In this document: positions 38,031 to 51,915 of the stretch, piece by piece
Numbering within the stretch: position 1 is the stretch's first letter
Layout of the letters: every line of letters begins with the position of its first letter
Assembly (NCBI GenBank): GCA_964016885.1
Contig: OZ024743.1
Span: 170,376,001 to 170,440,000 of the forward strand
Direction of reading: 5' to 3'
Origin: Eledone cirrhosa
Taxonomy: Eukaryota
Length of the DNA stretch: 64,000 nucleotides
Notes under the pieces: generated by a model
What the model saw: only the letters and a program-made list of their open reading frames with translations
Database searches by the model: none
What the model was told of the DNA's origin: nothing
Program-made: the position numbers and the translations under genes

Positions 38031-38814
38031 TGGTCCTTTACAGTCCTTTACATTCAATTTTTTCATTCATCTTGACGTTGATAAAAATAGGGATTATTTT
38101 AATGTGCAGCTGATCCCTACTGTGTGTTCTAAATCTGATTTTGTGCAGTAAGTTTACATTTTGTGTCAAATACTACATGCACTTACTTGGTAAATGGTGG
38201 TTAAAATACTTGAAACACTCATAAAATGTTTAAAATAGCTCCATTACATTACAAATACTTTTTAGACTCAGAGAATATCAAGCACTGAGTCATGACAAGT
38301 GCAAGATTTGTGAGGTTCTAAAATTTCCTTCAAATAAACTCTGGATAAAAATTAAGTATCAGTCAATTACTGGGGTAGCTTTAATATTCCTATATAGTAT
38401 TCTAGATGTGAATTGTATTATAGAAGGCTAACTGTGGTTAACTTTACATTTCATCCCTCTGGGTTCAGTACTAGTAAAGTACTGTATCTGTTTAATAATT
38501 CTATCATCCTAAATGTGAATAGATTTATAATAGAAGACAGAAGACTAAGACTTGCCCAGCATTTTCCCTCTTTTCTCCTGCTTTTACCACCCCACCCTCT
38601 ACAACTATTGTGTGTGTGTCAATTGAAGATGTAAACACTTGAGCCAAAAGCCTATCCTATAAGTAAAATTGTTGTTGTTGATGGTGTGATGTGAGAAGTA
38701 GAAGGTCTGACTGACTAATGAGTGGTAACCTACTTTAGTTTTCTTTAACCTACCTCCTTCTCAACAACAACACCACCACCACCACGATCACTTCTACACT
38801 GTCACCATTACATA

Positions 38815-38998
38815 TTAGCTCCAGTAATAGCAGCCAAATCTCCCTCAAATCTCACCCTACTAACTTAAAAAGGACATGGTGGATAATATGGTCTTGGGTT
38901 CCTTGAACAGGAAAAAAAAAGAACAGGTTAGTTTTGACTGGGATGCTTTTAATCAAAGATCTACTTGATCAGGACTGATCTGGGGCTAAACTACAAAC
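38815..38998 (+). repeat. Ancient interspersed repeat (aatagcagccaaatctccctcaaat...ggctaaacaac family)
   Basis: Diverged relatives at ~830, 42760(-), 43420, 43830, 45620, 45775(-) and 58148. Confidence 0.55.
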
Positions 38999-39760
38999 AC
39001 TATTGCCTCTAACATGGCTACACTATTACCACTGCCACTACTATAACCACAGCCTTCTCTATATTAGATGCTTTTTCAGTGTCTGTGGGTGCAGCCCCAA
39101 CACTGCCACACCCTAGGCCTAGACCCCCCCCCCTTCCTCCTTCCATTCTCCTGTGATCCCAGAGCCGTTGCCCTTCCTTTCATTTTCCTTTTTTATCGGC
39201 TGTAATGTTGTTATTTGAAATAGATTTGTTTATGATTTTCACTAAATTCTTGGTTGATTTTTTTAAGTTTTGTTCTGAACTTAGCTGTTAATCACCATTA
39301 TAACATTGAATCATCATCATCATCATCATCATCATCGTTTTACGTCCGTTCTTCCACGCTAGCATGGGTGTCCAATTTCTACACTGTAACCACTTTACCA
39401 CAACCTTTATTTTTATCATCTCTACACCACCACCACTACACTACCATCGCAGTACTACTATACCATTTTGCCATCACCACTATCTCCATTATACCACCAC
39501 CACAACCTCTAGACCCTCTCATAGTCTATAGATCACAATTTTTTCTCCCTTTTTCTTTCTTTTCTTACTTTCTTTTATTTTCTTATTTCTTCTCTCTCCC
39601 AAACATCCTTTCTTCTCTTTCTCATTCTATCTTCCAATGAAGGATTAGCTTTTGAAATATTAAATCTCTTTTCCAACCATATCAAGCATTAAATAAAGGT
39701 TTAGTGATAGAAGCAAGGATTATTGTATGAAACATGTGAAGAAGAAAGAATGGTATTTAA

Positions 39761-41790
39761 CTAATGTAATGGTACGCGATGGGGCCCACCCACAGCCCCG
39801 GCGGACAGAATGGAGAAGGCGTTTCCTCGGAGGACGGCAAGGGAGACGCGCTGGAAAAGCCACTCCAACTCGCGGGGCTCACACCTACGGCTGGCCAGCT
39901 CAGCGCCTATGGTGGTGAGTAAGGAGGTAGCCCTGGAGCCGAGGACACCAGAAGTTTCCACTGCCAGGGGAACGACCGCAAACCTGTCGGAGAGCGACCG
40001 GTATTTGAGGAGTTTGGCCCCCTCAGCCCGACATGCAGCAGAACCTGGGTCAGTTGCAGACTACACCAGGTTGCAGCTGCAGAAAGTGTCGGTGCAAGTG
40101 GCATCCCAGACGAGGGGTTTGCCACCGCGGAACGGGAAGATGGTCATGCCATCTGGCCTTTTGCCATCCCCTCGATCCAGCCCCACCGGCTCGAGCTGGG
40201 AAGGGAAGCCTGCAGCGTCCAAGCCATGCTTAATGACTTCGTTGAGGGCAGTATGGTGTGGAATGCGGCCGGCACTATGGCGACAGGAAAGCGGGTGGAG
40301 GCCGAAAGAGTCCACGGTGGAACCGCAGCGACATTGGTGTGGCTCGCAGATCCGGATGCCGAGCTTCAGGGAAACGCCGATTCGCAGGCTATGGTTGTCT
40401 AGCTGCGTGCCAGTGGAGAAGGAGGGCAGAGCATGGAGCCAGGCACCACTGTGGGGTTTGGAGGCCGCATGAAAACAAGCAAGGCGGTGTTGGTCGAGCT
40501 TGTGTGTGAGCCTGTCTGAGGCCAGGCTGCACTGGATGGCATCCCAAGTGCGTTGAGGGGACTTGACGTCAACAGGGGGTGAAGGAGGAGGGACGTCTAC
40601 TGGGCTAAATCCCAGCTGGTCCCACGTCTCACAGGCTGCCTCACGTTCTCTGAACACACAAGGTTCTGTTGTGTTTTGAAGACCCCTCTGACGAGGACGC
40701 GCCACGAGGTTACCGACAAAAGATACTCCGGCAAAGCTAGTGAGATCAGGGACCGGAGGCCTAGGCCGCCATACCTGACCAGTAAAGTGGCCTGTTGCCA
40801 CCCTATGTCATCAAACTTGACGTTGCATATCCCCTCGGCTGTTGCTCGGATACAAGTATCGAGGTCAGTGAGGAGAGATGTCTGGGTGCAGCATGGAGCG
40901 CTGCGGAGTGTATAGAGGAGCTTCGGCATGGCGAAGTAGTTCCTCAGCAGAAAGAGAGCTGGGTGGCCGTCAATCAAGCCCAGTCGGCTCATGAGAGTCT
41001 GGACCTGATGGTGGAGCGGATTGCCGGCGGGTGGATCGGTGACCCGAGGATGAGGACATCCTCTTTGGGGGTCACCTGAACCTGGCAGAGAATGGACCGC
41101 ACGTCCAAGACGGAGGCTGCAAAGCTCACAGCATCGAGGCTGACGTTCACCACCTCCGACTTGGCCGAGTTGACCTGGAGGCCGATTCCCGCCAGGGCAG
41201 TAATCACCGATTGAAGGTCATGGCAGCCTGTCCGTACGGGCCTGCCCAATGTAGCATCATCCAGATACCAAACGTTGAGAGGGGCCATGATACTCCGGGC
41301 GATGTGGTCAATACCAAGAGCAAACAAGAGGGGTCCCTGTTGGACCCCAGTAGCCGAGGGTATGACCGTATCAGCAGCTAGGAGCATGCTCGGGGCTCCA
41401 TATGACAGGTGGCTCGGCTGAGGCAGGCCTTGAGCAGATGATCCCGGCGAAAAGAGTTAAAGGCATTCCTCATGTCAAGCTTGACAATGAGGTGCCTGGA
41501 GTCCCTGGATGCCGGTACCGATGGGCAGCTGCTGAAGAACTGCCTGATTGCATGAGAGGCTCCCTCACAGCCACCGGACACGCCAACACTCAGTTGCACC
41601 GGACTAAACTCCTCACCGGACTAAACTCCTCACCCAGATCACCTTGGCAGCCAGCCTCCGGAAGACATTGCCCACAGCAATGGGGCGTATGCCACCCTCT
41701 TTCTTCCTGAGAGCGGTGAGGCTGGCCGAAAAAAAGAGGCCTCGGGCGTAAGGGTCGAGGGCACCATGAATGAGCCTATTGGTGAGTGCC
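39761..41790 (-). mobile_element. CRE-clade non-LTR retrotransposon (RT plus restriction-like endonuclease), 5'-truncated and frameshifted
   Basis: QLSVGVSGGCE, KLDMRNAFNS, GVQQG, WYLDDATL, GGLGLRS, CRCG..H.LSC, KRPDGMTIFPFRGGKPLVWDAT, QRVSLAVLRGNA. Confidence 0.9.
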
Positions 41791-42269
41791 ACAATTGCAC
41801 TCAGAAGGCGGCGCCAACATTAAAACATTGTATTGTTCTCCTGTGTTATTTTTCTTTGTTGCCTTCTTTATATGTACACATACATATCAACATCATCATC
41901 ATATCCTTTTAATATCTATTTTACATACTTTAGACAGATGTCGCATTCTGAGACCTAACTGCTCAGGTAACTAGGACCTGCTTGTATGCTTTGTTTCGGC
42001 TTGTTTCTATGATTGAGTGTGCTTCCTAATGCCAACCATTTTACAGTGTGTACTTGGAGCATTCTATGATGGCTCTGGCACTACCATCTTACTGGGTGGA
42101 CTGGGTGCTTTTCATCATGGTACCAGCACCAACTCATTACAGAACTAAGGTACTCAGTGCCCTTGGTTTTGCTGTGGAGGTTCAGGTTAGGATACCATCA
42201 ACATCAACACTATTACCACCCACCCTGTCATCAACATCATCAATACTTTCTCATTATCCGCACCACCAC

Positions 42270-42402
42270 TATCATCACAGCTAACAACACTCCTATCACC
42301 ATAGCTAACACTACCACCACCATTACTGCCATCACAGCTAACACCACCACCATTACTGCCTTCACAGCTAACACCACCACCATTACTGCCTTCACAGCTA
42401 AA
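42270..42402. repeat. 30-bp tandem repeat
   Basis: acagctaacaccaccaccattactgccttc units. Confidence 0.85.
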
Positions 42403-42967
42403 TACTACAACCAGCACCTCTACTACCACCACTAGCATCATAGCTAACACCACTGCAATCACAGCTCTGCAATCACAATTAACACTACTAGCACTATTAT
42501 TGAAGCTAACTCCACCACCACTACTAGCACAGTGAGTACATAAAAAGTGTTTGTTGTCCTCTCTAAGAGATGTGTGCATAAGGTATCTCTCCTCCTTCTC
42601 TCCTTCTGCCTTTCTCCTGTTCTCTTGTTATCTTTTACAGCAAGCTACCACACCCTTTCTTAGTCCCACTCTCTCTCCCACCCTCCCAAGTTGTTGATAG
42701 TGTTATTTGGAGGAAGAGGTTGAGTGGGAGTGAAGTTGGGAATGGGAAATGAGGTTGGTTGTTGTTTAGTCACCCCAACATCAGGTCTGACTGATCAACA
42801 GACCTATGATTAAAGGAATTCCAGCCATAATAATCTCTTTTTAGTCTTGTGTCTTTTGACTTGGTATAATTTGAGTGAATCTAGCTTCTATTTCAAGCAG
42901 GCCAAGCAACTTAGGCCCTTAGAGGCAACCTGAGGTATTGTGGTGGTAGTAGAAGTAGTAGTAGTAG

Positions 42968-43242
42968 TGTTGTAGTTTAAGCGATCGGACCTACCTTGCA
43001 TCTCCAATTTAATCCAGACTGAATCATCCACTGCGACGACGTCCACGTGACTTATGTCCAACTGAGTATAACAGAACCTCTCTCACTCACTTTTGCAAAC
43101 ACCTCCAAACTCGGCCACAACCTGATGAAAAAGAGGCAATCGATTGGCTCCGAACCCTGATATCTGTCACGCGTCCTTCACTTCTGGTAAGACATCCCCC
43201 AGCTGTCTTACCAGCCACTGGTCAGTCCTGCCTGGCACATCA
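42968..43242 (-). mobile_element. Probable solo LTR
   Basis: ~275-bp CpG-containing block with TG...CA ends, ATTAAA on the minus strand and near-matching flanks gtag/gtaa. Confidence 0.45.
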
Positions 43243-43611
43243 GTAATATCTAGATACACAAATAAGGTACACTAAATATATTATGACACTGACCATAACG
43301 TGCTTCAGCTCATATTGTGCCACTGTCCATATTGAATCACAAGCCACTGTGCCACTGCCCAAACTGGGCTTATTAATACCATCAGAGCCAACAAGGTAGC
43401 CTGTATGTGGGTTGCTTTACCTCTAGAATAGTAGTCAGATCCTCCTAGACACATTGGATAAGGTACATACATACTCACTCCTAAATATATATATGGTGGA
43501 GGTTGCAGTTGGAATAACTTTGATCATAGATAGGTCTGCTAGATAAGGTTTGACCTTGGACTAAACAACCACTACTATTACCACCCTACAATTATTGTCA
43601 CAACTAATAAT

Positions 43612-43801
43612 ATTTGTTTCTACTTCTGGCACAAGGCCAGCAAATACCCAGTGCATTACTGGTACTTTATTTTATCGACCCCGTAAGGATAAAAACCAAA
43701 GTTAACCTTGGCGGGATTTGAACTCAGAATGGCGAGGGTCGTAACTCTATGCATCAAAGCATGGCGTTTGACCCTCTACCGATACTGCCAATCCACCGCC
43801 C
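43612..43801 (-). mobile_element. Full-length tRNA-derived SINE with TSD
   Basis: Minus strand starts GGCGGTGGATTGGCAGTATCGGTAG, has B box GAGTTCAAATCC, and is flanked by acaactaataat on both sides. Confidence 0.9.
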
Positions 43802-43974
43802 ACAACTAATAATTGCCAGTCAACAAGAGAACCTGATAGAAATAACAGCCAAATCTAGCATATCAAAAAGGGAGGAAGGACACATTGCATAATGTAGTCA
43901 TTAATAAGGAAAGATAATCACAGCAAGAAGGTTTTTGATCAACAACAACCATCTTCATTATAAACACCACCAAC

Positions 43975-44365
43975 CTACAATCATTATCACCATTACTACC
44001 ACCACACTACTATCACCATCACCACACTACAATCACCATCACCACCACCACACTACAATCACCATCACCACCACCACACTACTATCACCATCACCACCAC
44101 TACACTACAATCACCATCACCACCACTACACTACAATCACCATCACCACCACCACACTACAATCACCATCACCACCACCACACTACTATCACCATCACCA
44201 CCACCACACTACAATCACCATCACCACCACCACACTACAATCACCATCACCACCACCACACTACTATCACCATCACCACCACCACACTACAATCACCATC
44301 ACCACCACCACACTACAATCACCACCACCACCACTACACTACAATCACCACCACCACACTACTAT
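43975..44365. repeat. ~26-bp CAC-rich minisatellite
   Basis: caccatcaccaccaccacactac(a/t)at tandem units. Confidence 0.9.
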
Positions 44366-44379
44366 CATCATTTTTATTA

Positions 44380-44700
44380 CGGCCCTTTCCATTCTGAGTT
44401 CAAATCCCGCCGAGGTCAACTTTGCCTTTCATCCTTACGGGGTCGATAAAATAAAGTACCAGTAATGCACTGCCAAAAGTAGAAACAATTATTATAAACA
44501 CTACCGGGCAGTGAATTGGCAGTATCAGTAGAGGGTCACACGCCATGCTTTGCAGCAAAGAGTTACGGCCCTTTATGGTCTGAGTTCAAATCCTGCCGAG
44601 GTTAACTTTGCCTTTCATCCTTACGGGGTCGATATAATAAAGTACCAGTAATACACTGAGATAATTGCTGGACTTGTACCAAAAGTAGAAATAATTATTA
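44380..44700 (+). mobile_element. Two head-to-tail SINE copies (partial 44380-44492; full 44506-44700)
   Basis: GAGTTCAAATCC B boxes; duplication attataaacactacc around the second copy. Confidence 0.85.
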
Positions 44701-45163
44701 TAAACACTACCAACACCCTCCAACTATCATCATTAGTGTAGGACATGTTTTGTGGTACTGGTTGTTTATACTGAGTTAAAATCCTTTCCAGGGTAGATAA
44801 AAAATGAAGTACTCAGTCAAGTACTGAGGTCCTTAAAATTGACATCCCCTTCCTTCAGATTGCTGGCCTTGTGCCTAAATTGAAAAGCATCATTATAAAC
44901 ACTATTAACACCACAACCATCTACAATCATCATTTTCATAACAACAATGTCAGCAGCTGCTGAGAAGGGAGAGGTCCTTCTCTTTCTTCCCTCTCCTCCT
45001 AAAGTCAAATAAATAGACTGAGTTGACTGTGTGGGAGTGGGAGGTTATGGTGGTGGACAGAGGAGGATGAGTAATGATAGTGGGGAAGGGGTAGACAAAC
45101 AGAAGAATGAAAGAGAGGTAGCAAAAACTGTATTGGGGAAGGTGGAGATGGTAGTAGTGTTAA

Positions 45164-45265
45164 ATAATTGTTTCTACTTTTGGCACAAGTCCAGCAATTA
45201 GCCAGTGCATTGTTGGTACTTTATTTTATAGACTGTAAAGATGAAAGGTAAAGTTAACCTCAGTG
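45164..45265 (-). mobile_element. SINE 3' fragment
   Basis: aattgtttctacttttggcacaag family tail. Confidence 0.75.
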
Positions 45266-46029
45266 GGTAGTAGAGCTGATGGGAATGGTGGGATGAATAA
45301 GAGGGTGGAGATGGCGGTGGTGATAGTGATTTCGAGAGGGGGTTTGGAGGAGTAGGAGTATGCAAAGAAAGGTGGGTAGCAGAGTGAGGGAGGGGAAAGA
45401 AGTGTTGAATAAAAACAATGGAGGGAGGAGTGGAGGAAATGTGTGAATGGTTGTTGTGTGTAAAGAAACTGTTTCTCTTCCACTTCCATCTTCATATATC
45501 TCTCTCACTCTTTGTCTTTCATTATACACTGTTAATCAAGTCAAAGCCCCAGCTAACACTACTGCCACCATCATCATCATCACTATCACCACTTGGAAGT
45601 GTCTCTAAATGGGTGCTCTATCACTAAAATAAGCAACCAAATCTCTTTCAAATCAGACCCTAACATCTTTTAAAAAGACCCACATTGGATAATGTAATCC
45701 TTGTTTCTCTTCAAATGGGGGAAGAATCTAAGACTAAGTGACCACATACACCATTCAAGAAGTGGTGTTGATCTTGTTGTTTAACTCCACATCAACCAGA
45801 CCTGTGATCAAAGGCGTTCCAGTAATGGCCATCCTTTTGTTATCTAGTATGTTCTTACATAAGACAATTAAAGTGATAATTGAGGCAGATTTGTATCCTA
45901 TTTTTAGCAGATGCAGCAATAATTACACTAGTTTAATTACACTAGTAGTGAAAGTTATTAGTTGTGGTGTTAAACTAAAAGTGAATGAAGGGAGTGAGTG
46001 AGAGAGACTTCATGATATATATTTGTTTG

Positions 46030-46650
46030 CTCTTACATAAAGGAAAACAGGACCCAGATTCCCTCTGGGAAGTGGCCTTGCTCAGTGTGCAAGAAAGGAG
46101 TAGGTAGAAATTCCATCCTATGTCCCAAATGCTAGCTATGCAAACACAAGAGAGTGGGATCACATGTAGGCTGTCAAAGAGCAGAGGTTTTATATGTGGC
46201 CAATGCACCAGTATAATAATTAGCAAGAGCCCACAGAATACTAACTCCTTCAAATGCCCAGAGTGTTCTGTAGTAGTTGACAGTTTCTGCTATCTCAGTG
46301 ACCACATTAGCAGTGGAGGAGGGTGTTCCAAAAGTACAGTAGCCTGAGTGAGAAAGTGATGGAGAAAGTTCAGCGAGCTACTATCGCTGCTAGCTACAAA
46401 AGGTTTTTCCTCAAAATAAAGGGCTGATTTGATGATGTATGTATCCAAAAAACAATGTTGTATGGTAATGAGACCTGGGCACTGTGTTCAGAGGACCTGA
46501 GAACTTTGGAAAGAAAGGCATACTCCAATGGAGGTGTAATAGTAAAATACATTTAAAAGCATAAATGAACATAGAGAGAAACTGGGCATAAGAGGGATCA
46601 GATGTTGTGTGCAGGAGAGGCGATTGCATTGGTATGGATATGCGACGTGT
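46030..46650 (+). mobile_element. Old RTE LINE 3' fragment
   Basis: VVDSFCYLSDHISSGGGCS, MLYGNETW and CCVQERRLHWYG motifs. Confidence 0.8.
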
Positions 46651-46689
46651 ATGTATGTATATGTGTGTGTGTGTATTTATATATATATA

Positions 46690-48857
46690 TTTATAACCTT
46701 CTCGTTTGTTTTTCTAAAATAACAATCTCGTTCGTTTAATTTTGGCCGAAAATTCTAGGGTTTATAAAATGGCCTCCTTACCCTTCCTAATCTTTACTAC
46801 CCCCCCCCCCCCCATATCGTATAGGCGCCTGCTGGTTCCCCCCCCCCCCCTCTCTCAATCACTCCCTGCTCTCACCAAATATAAAATAAACCTGTTACCA
46901 GGTACGAATCTCAGAATTTGTCAAATATTATTAATGGTCACACACTGCTCAGTCTCCTGTGAAATGTAATGTAAAATGCCATTTTCTTTTCTTGTCTCTC
47001 CATCTTCCCGGTCCATCTCAATGCTATTCTATAATTCTGTCTGGTTGTTCTAAATATTATTCGCTTATTATTGTTATATGCTTGTCCAATTATGCCCAAA
47101 ATTCGAGGATTTTATTTAAATGCTTGTCCAGTTATGCCCAAAATTCGAGGATTTTATTTAAACCTTCACGCTAACTACCCCATACCCCTCCCATCCGCCC
47201 CCACTCACCACCATTATTATTTCGACCAATCATAAGTCAGCGGCCTATGCTATCACTTCTTCCGGTTGCCTTTCGATATGATGGATGGACTAGGGAATTC
47301 TGGAGAGTCTGAAAAATCTGAACACTCAGTGACAATGCCAAAGATAAATACAAATTCACCTCATACTGCCGGATGAAAAGGCAAGGATTCCTCTTTATTT
47401 CGGCCGCAGATGGCCAACATAACCCCAACACCAGCCCCCTCCCCGTGCCCCACCGTTCCCACCCACCAAACGCAATCCAAAACTTCAGAGTTGGTACCAT
47501 GAATGTAGGCACCTTAAAAGGTCGCTCTAACGAGGTTGTAAAAATGCTTGAACGTAAGGAGGTTGATGTTTGATGTATCCAAGAGACCAGGTGGAGGGGT
47601 GGGTCTGCTAGATTCATTGTGGGTAAAAAACGATGCTATAAGCTTTTCTGGGTGGGAAATGACAACGGGCTGAGTGGGGTAGGAATCATGTTGGCAGAAA
47701 AATGGGTAGATAAGATAATAGACGTAAATAGAGTGAATGACAGAATAATTAAAATAAGACTTGTCCTAAATAGAACTACTGTGACAGTAATATCTGCGTA
47801 CTCACCCCAATCCGGACTGCCTGGCATCATAAAAGACAGATTCTATGAGACATTGATGCTTACTACCTCCCAAATAACCGACAGTGACTACATAATTATT
47901 GCTGGAGACCTAAATGGTCAATAACCTAACTGTCTGTAACACTAACTTCAAAAAACGAGACAATCACTTGATCACCTATAGATCAGGGGAACACGCCAGT
48001 CAGATAGATTATATCCTTACCAGAAGACGTGATAGAGTGTCTGTTGTAAACACTAAATCCCTCCCCCATGAAGAATGCACCTCCCAACATAGACTCATAG
48101 TCAGCGGCCTCATAGTCAGGACAAGACGTACTCGACAGCAGAGGAAGACTATCCTCAGGAAAAAAATATGGAAGCTAAAGGACCCCACAGCCAGTAATAA
48201 ATTTAAAAGCATATTACTTGATGCTTTCGACAGTAAGGAAGAGCAATTAGAGTCGCACAATATAGAGGAACAGTGGGAATTCCTGAAAGCTAACCTGCTG
48301 AAGGCGGCAGATGATGTCTGTGGCTGCAGCAGGCCTATAGGGAGGAGGAGAGTAACGTGGTGGTGGAACAGTAAGGTGGCGCAGTCAATTAAGGCCAAAA
48401 CGCAGGCTTGGAAAGTATGGCGGGATGGGGGAAGTAGAGAAGACTATCAAGTGGCCAGGAGGGAAGCTAGGAGACAAGTGTACTTCGCAAGAAGGGAAGC
48501 AGAGGAAAGAAAGTTCAAGCATGTTCTACAACGTGAGGTGTTCAGGATTGCTAGGCAATGTGTCAAGGAAAACCGTGATATTGTCGGGGAGAAGTGTGTC
48601 CTTAATGATGATGGTGTACTTGCCATCACTGACGCCGATAAGAAGTTAGCTTGGAAGTGTCACTACGAAAGGCTACTAAATGAGGAGAATAATTGGGAGA
48701 AAGACAGTCTCCCCCACATTGATCCAATAGAGGGACCAGCAGTGCTAGTTGAAGGTAGTATAATAAGTAAGGCAATCAAAGATATGAAGATGGGTAAGGC
48801 GGCTGGGCCTTTGGAAATAGTTGCTGAAATGCTGAAAGCATCTGGAACAGTGGGACA
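46690..48857 (+). mobile_element. RTE LINE 5' half (5' UTR plus APE domain), same family as 5983-10157
   Basis: Near-identical translation to 7626-9542 in the opposite orientation. ~100-bp deletion at ~47920; ends in TA repeats. Confidence 0.95.
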
Positions 48858-48967
48858 GATATATATATATGTGTGTGTGTGTATATGGATACATATATAT
48901 TTATAGATACATATACATATAGAAAAAATAAATCAAAGAACGCCTATATACTTATACAATTTTTATT

Positions 48968-49014
48968 CGCTAACAATGTTTCATCCATACCGTGGGGCAG
49001 GAATCCTCATAGCG
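48968..49014 (-). ncRNA. Degenerate hammerhead
   Basis: cgct ATGAGGA ttcc..ggat GAAAC att GTT agcg followed by aataaa. Confidence 0.45.
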
Positions 49015-49329
49015 TCATCAATAAAAGCTTAGTCACCAGAACAGTAGAGAAACTGTACAGGATAGCATGAGGGAGATTGGATATGTGAAGGATGGAGAGA
49101 ATGCCTACTGGGTTTAATAGTCAACATTATAACAAACCATGATAATACAATAACACAGGCATATTTTCCCACAAGAGACTGGGGCATGTGAAGGCAAACA
49201 AAAGCAATCTTAAGCACTTAAAGATAATTAAAAATATATATATATAAAAAAAAAGAAGAATTTTAAGAAAAATAATTTTAAAATAATACTTAAAAGTAAT
49301 TAAAAATAATTATATATATATATATATAG

Positions 49330-49562
49330 TTAAAGGATGAAGATTAACATGGTTGGCTGTACAATAAAGGCTTTATTTAAAGTACTGACAATTGTTTCGT
49401 TGATCATGTGGGTCTAGAGTTCGCTAATCGCTTGATGTTGCGTTATTCGATCTCCAATACATTATTCTCCTATGGTCAACACATCAGATCATGTAGATAG
49501 CATCTTGTTGAGTCAAAAAAAGCCTCTAACTGGATTACCTATAACGATAACTTGTTATCCCA
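49330..49562. mobile_element. Relic of a PLE pseudo-LTR related to 27065-31162: inverted hammerhead piece plus tail
   Basis: Minus strand CTGATGT gttgaccat..atgatcaac GAAAC aatt GTC (49381-49490). Plus-strand tail cttgttgagtcaaa..tggattacctataacgata matches 31065-31160. Confidence 0.65.
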
Positions 49563-49566
49563 TATG

Positions 49567-49601
<35 letters not shown>

Positions 49602-49759
49602 ATATACATATACATTTTGAGTAAAAAAGACGTGTGTCAGCCATTTTGGAGAAATATATATGTGTCATCTGATTATCACGATTTAGCTATTAAAGGCTTA
49701 TTTAAATTCTACTTTGATTGAGTACTTTTTCTCATGTTTGTCAATAATACATGGGTGTG

Positions 49760-50035
49760 TATGTATATATTCTTTGTTTTTGTTTTGCAAAATTTCTTAT
49801 CTGAAAACATGTATTGAAACAGATATTGTTGTACTTTGTTGTACTGCCAATAAAAACACACGCATCTGTTGGTTTTCACTTCAATTTATTATAAATTACC
49901 AGTTGGTTAGTATAATAATCAGATGGTTGTTTATTTTTTGTCAAAGCTCTTTTGACACACATTCTGTGACCTCTTCATTGACTAATTTTTATTTTGTGTC
50001 TCTCTTTGTTCTGTGCTACACCATATTGTTTTTGT
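49760..50035 (-). mobile_element. Older copy of the 10272 hammerhead family
   Basis: cacacattctgtgacctcttca and the tail are shared with 10272-10750. Confidence 0.7.
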
Positions 50036-51460
50036 GAGCTCACAATTAACTTTGTTTATTCATATGTTATATATATTTTAGTGATAACCATTATGCAACA
50101 GCTATGACCTCACCAGATAGCTAGAATTTGAAGAGAAACTGCTTTTATAACAGCGAATATGAATAAACAAAGTTAATTTTCAACCTGTTGAGTTACACTT
50201 CTTGTTTTTAAATATACTCCAGAGTAAACAGACCCACCTGTGTACTTTGTCGAGTGCTCTTCCCTGCATACTGAAGTGTCAGTAATTAACCAACACATAC
50301 TTGAATTAATGTTTATATATGTAGATAAATCAACCAAAATATACGGCAGTGTCCAATCCGTATGAAGAACTCAATGTAATCCAAATATCATGAAAAGAAA
50401 AGATGCATTCAAAAATTTTTTCGATGAAAATCACAGGAAAACAGAGTCAAGATAAATTAATAAAAACAATGAATAAAAACAAAGAAACAGTTCCTTATAT
50501 TAAAAAATTCATCATTTTACGATCGTTTCTAGGATATATATGTGTGTGTTGGTATGTATATCATATAGATCTATGTAAAAATTTTACAAACTATCAGAGG
50601 GAATATACATACCTACACATATATATGCTGTCTTCAGAAATAATGATATTTGTTATTGAAAAACACCAACAAAGATTTAATATAATAGGTCTGTTTGGGA
50701 ACAGGTTTTGAATTGGCCAATAGAAGAGTAGTAAGTGGTCAAGTTGATAGAATAGTAGTAGTAGAAATTTAATTTAGGGGTAGAAATTTAATTTAGGAAT
50801 GCTGACTTCAGTTTTGAATGGAAATAATACTTTGAATGAAAAGATTCCTTTGGGGATGAAAAGAGGTCAAGCTAGTGAAATGTACACGAAAATTTGATGT
50901 TATTAAAGAATAATACTAATGTTAAAATCGAAGGAGAATAACATTGTGGGATTAATTTTTTTAGTGAGAAATACCAATCTTATTAAAAACATAAGGAATT
51001 TAGATCTATAAAAAGAAATTAAATTAATTTAATTGATAGGATACTTATAGGATAAATTTATATTAATTTATATAAATGTGAAAAATAAGAGTTAGATGTT
51101 ATTAAAGAATGTTGTTAAAAACGGAGGAAAAAAAAATTGAGGGGGGATAAATGTATTAGTGAGAAATAACAAACTTATATAGACTACAAGGAATTTAGAT
51201 TCATAACAGGAAATTAAAATAGTTTATATGTATACTTATAGGTATTAATTTTAGGAAAAGATAGCTGTAAAAGGGAAATAAAATTATGAAGTTCTCAGTA
51301 GTAAAATACTAATTATAGGTTAACTAAATTTAAAAAAAACAAAAAAAAACTAATTATAATAATTTGTAAAATAAAAGTGTATATTAATTAATATATATAT
51401 ATAAAGTGAAATTACAGGAGGCCAAAAATGTTGAATTTCCTTAATTATTCATTTCTGCAA

Positions 51461-51515
51461 ACACTATGCATATTTGAGCCAGGTTGTGTAAAAACCTGGT
51501 GACATCTTCAGGTGT
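51461..51515 (-). ncRNA. Degenerate hammerhead
   Basis: acac CTGAAGA tgtc accagg..cctgg ct CAAAT atgc ATA gtgt (G12 mutated to C). Confidence 0.5.
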
Positions 51516-51598
51516 ATATTGTGTACTATATATATAAACAAATATCTACTTAAGAATTGGGAAAATTTGAAATGTGTGCTTAACAATGTAAATAACCA

Positions 51599-51784
51599 TA
51601 ATTGTTTCTACTTTTGGCACAAGGCCAGCAATTACCCAGTACATTACTGGTACTTTATTTTATCGACCCCGTAAGGATGAAAGGCAAAGTTAACCTCGGC
51701 GGGATTTGAACTCAGATCGTAAAGGGACATAATTATGCTGGAAAGCATGTCCGACCTTCTACCGATACTGCCAATCCACCGCCC
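51599..51784 (-). mobile_element. Full-length tRNA-derived SINE with TSD
   Basis: Same family as 43612; taaataaccat on both sides. Confidence 0.9.
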
Positions 51785-51915
51785 CTAAATAACCATGATA
51801 GTTGCTCATAATAACCATAATGATAGTAGCTGAAAAAATTGGGTAAATTATCCTTGGAGATGGAAGAAAGTCAACAGAGGCACTAGGATGCAGATGCTTC
51901 AAATTTTATATATAA

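Noticed and set aside
43612-43801. tRNA gene
   Set aside because: A/B boxes belong to a multi-copy SINE with tail and TSD; no cloverleaf.
46738-47320. HDV-like ribozyme in the RTE 5' UTR
   Set aside because: Known for some RTEs, but I could not build the nested double pseudoknot by eye. It needs a descriptor search.
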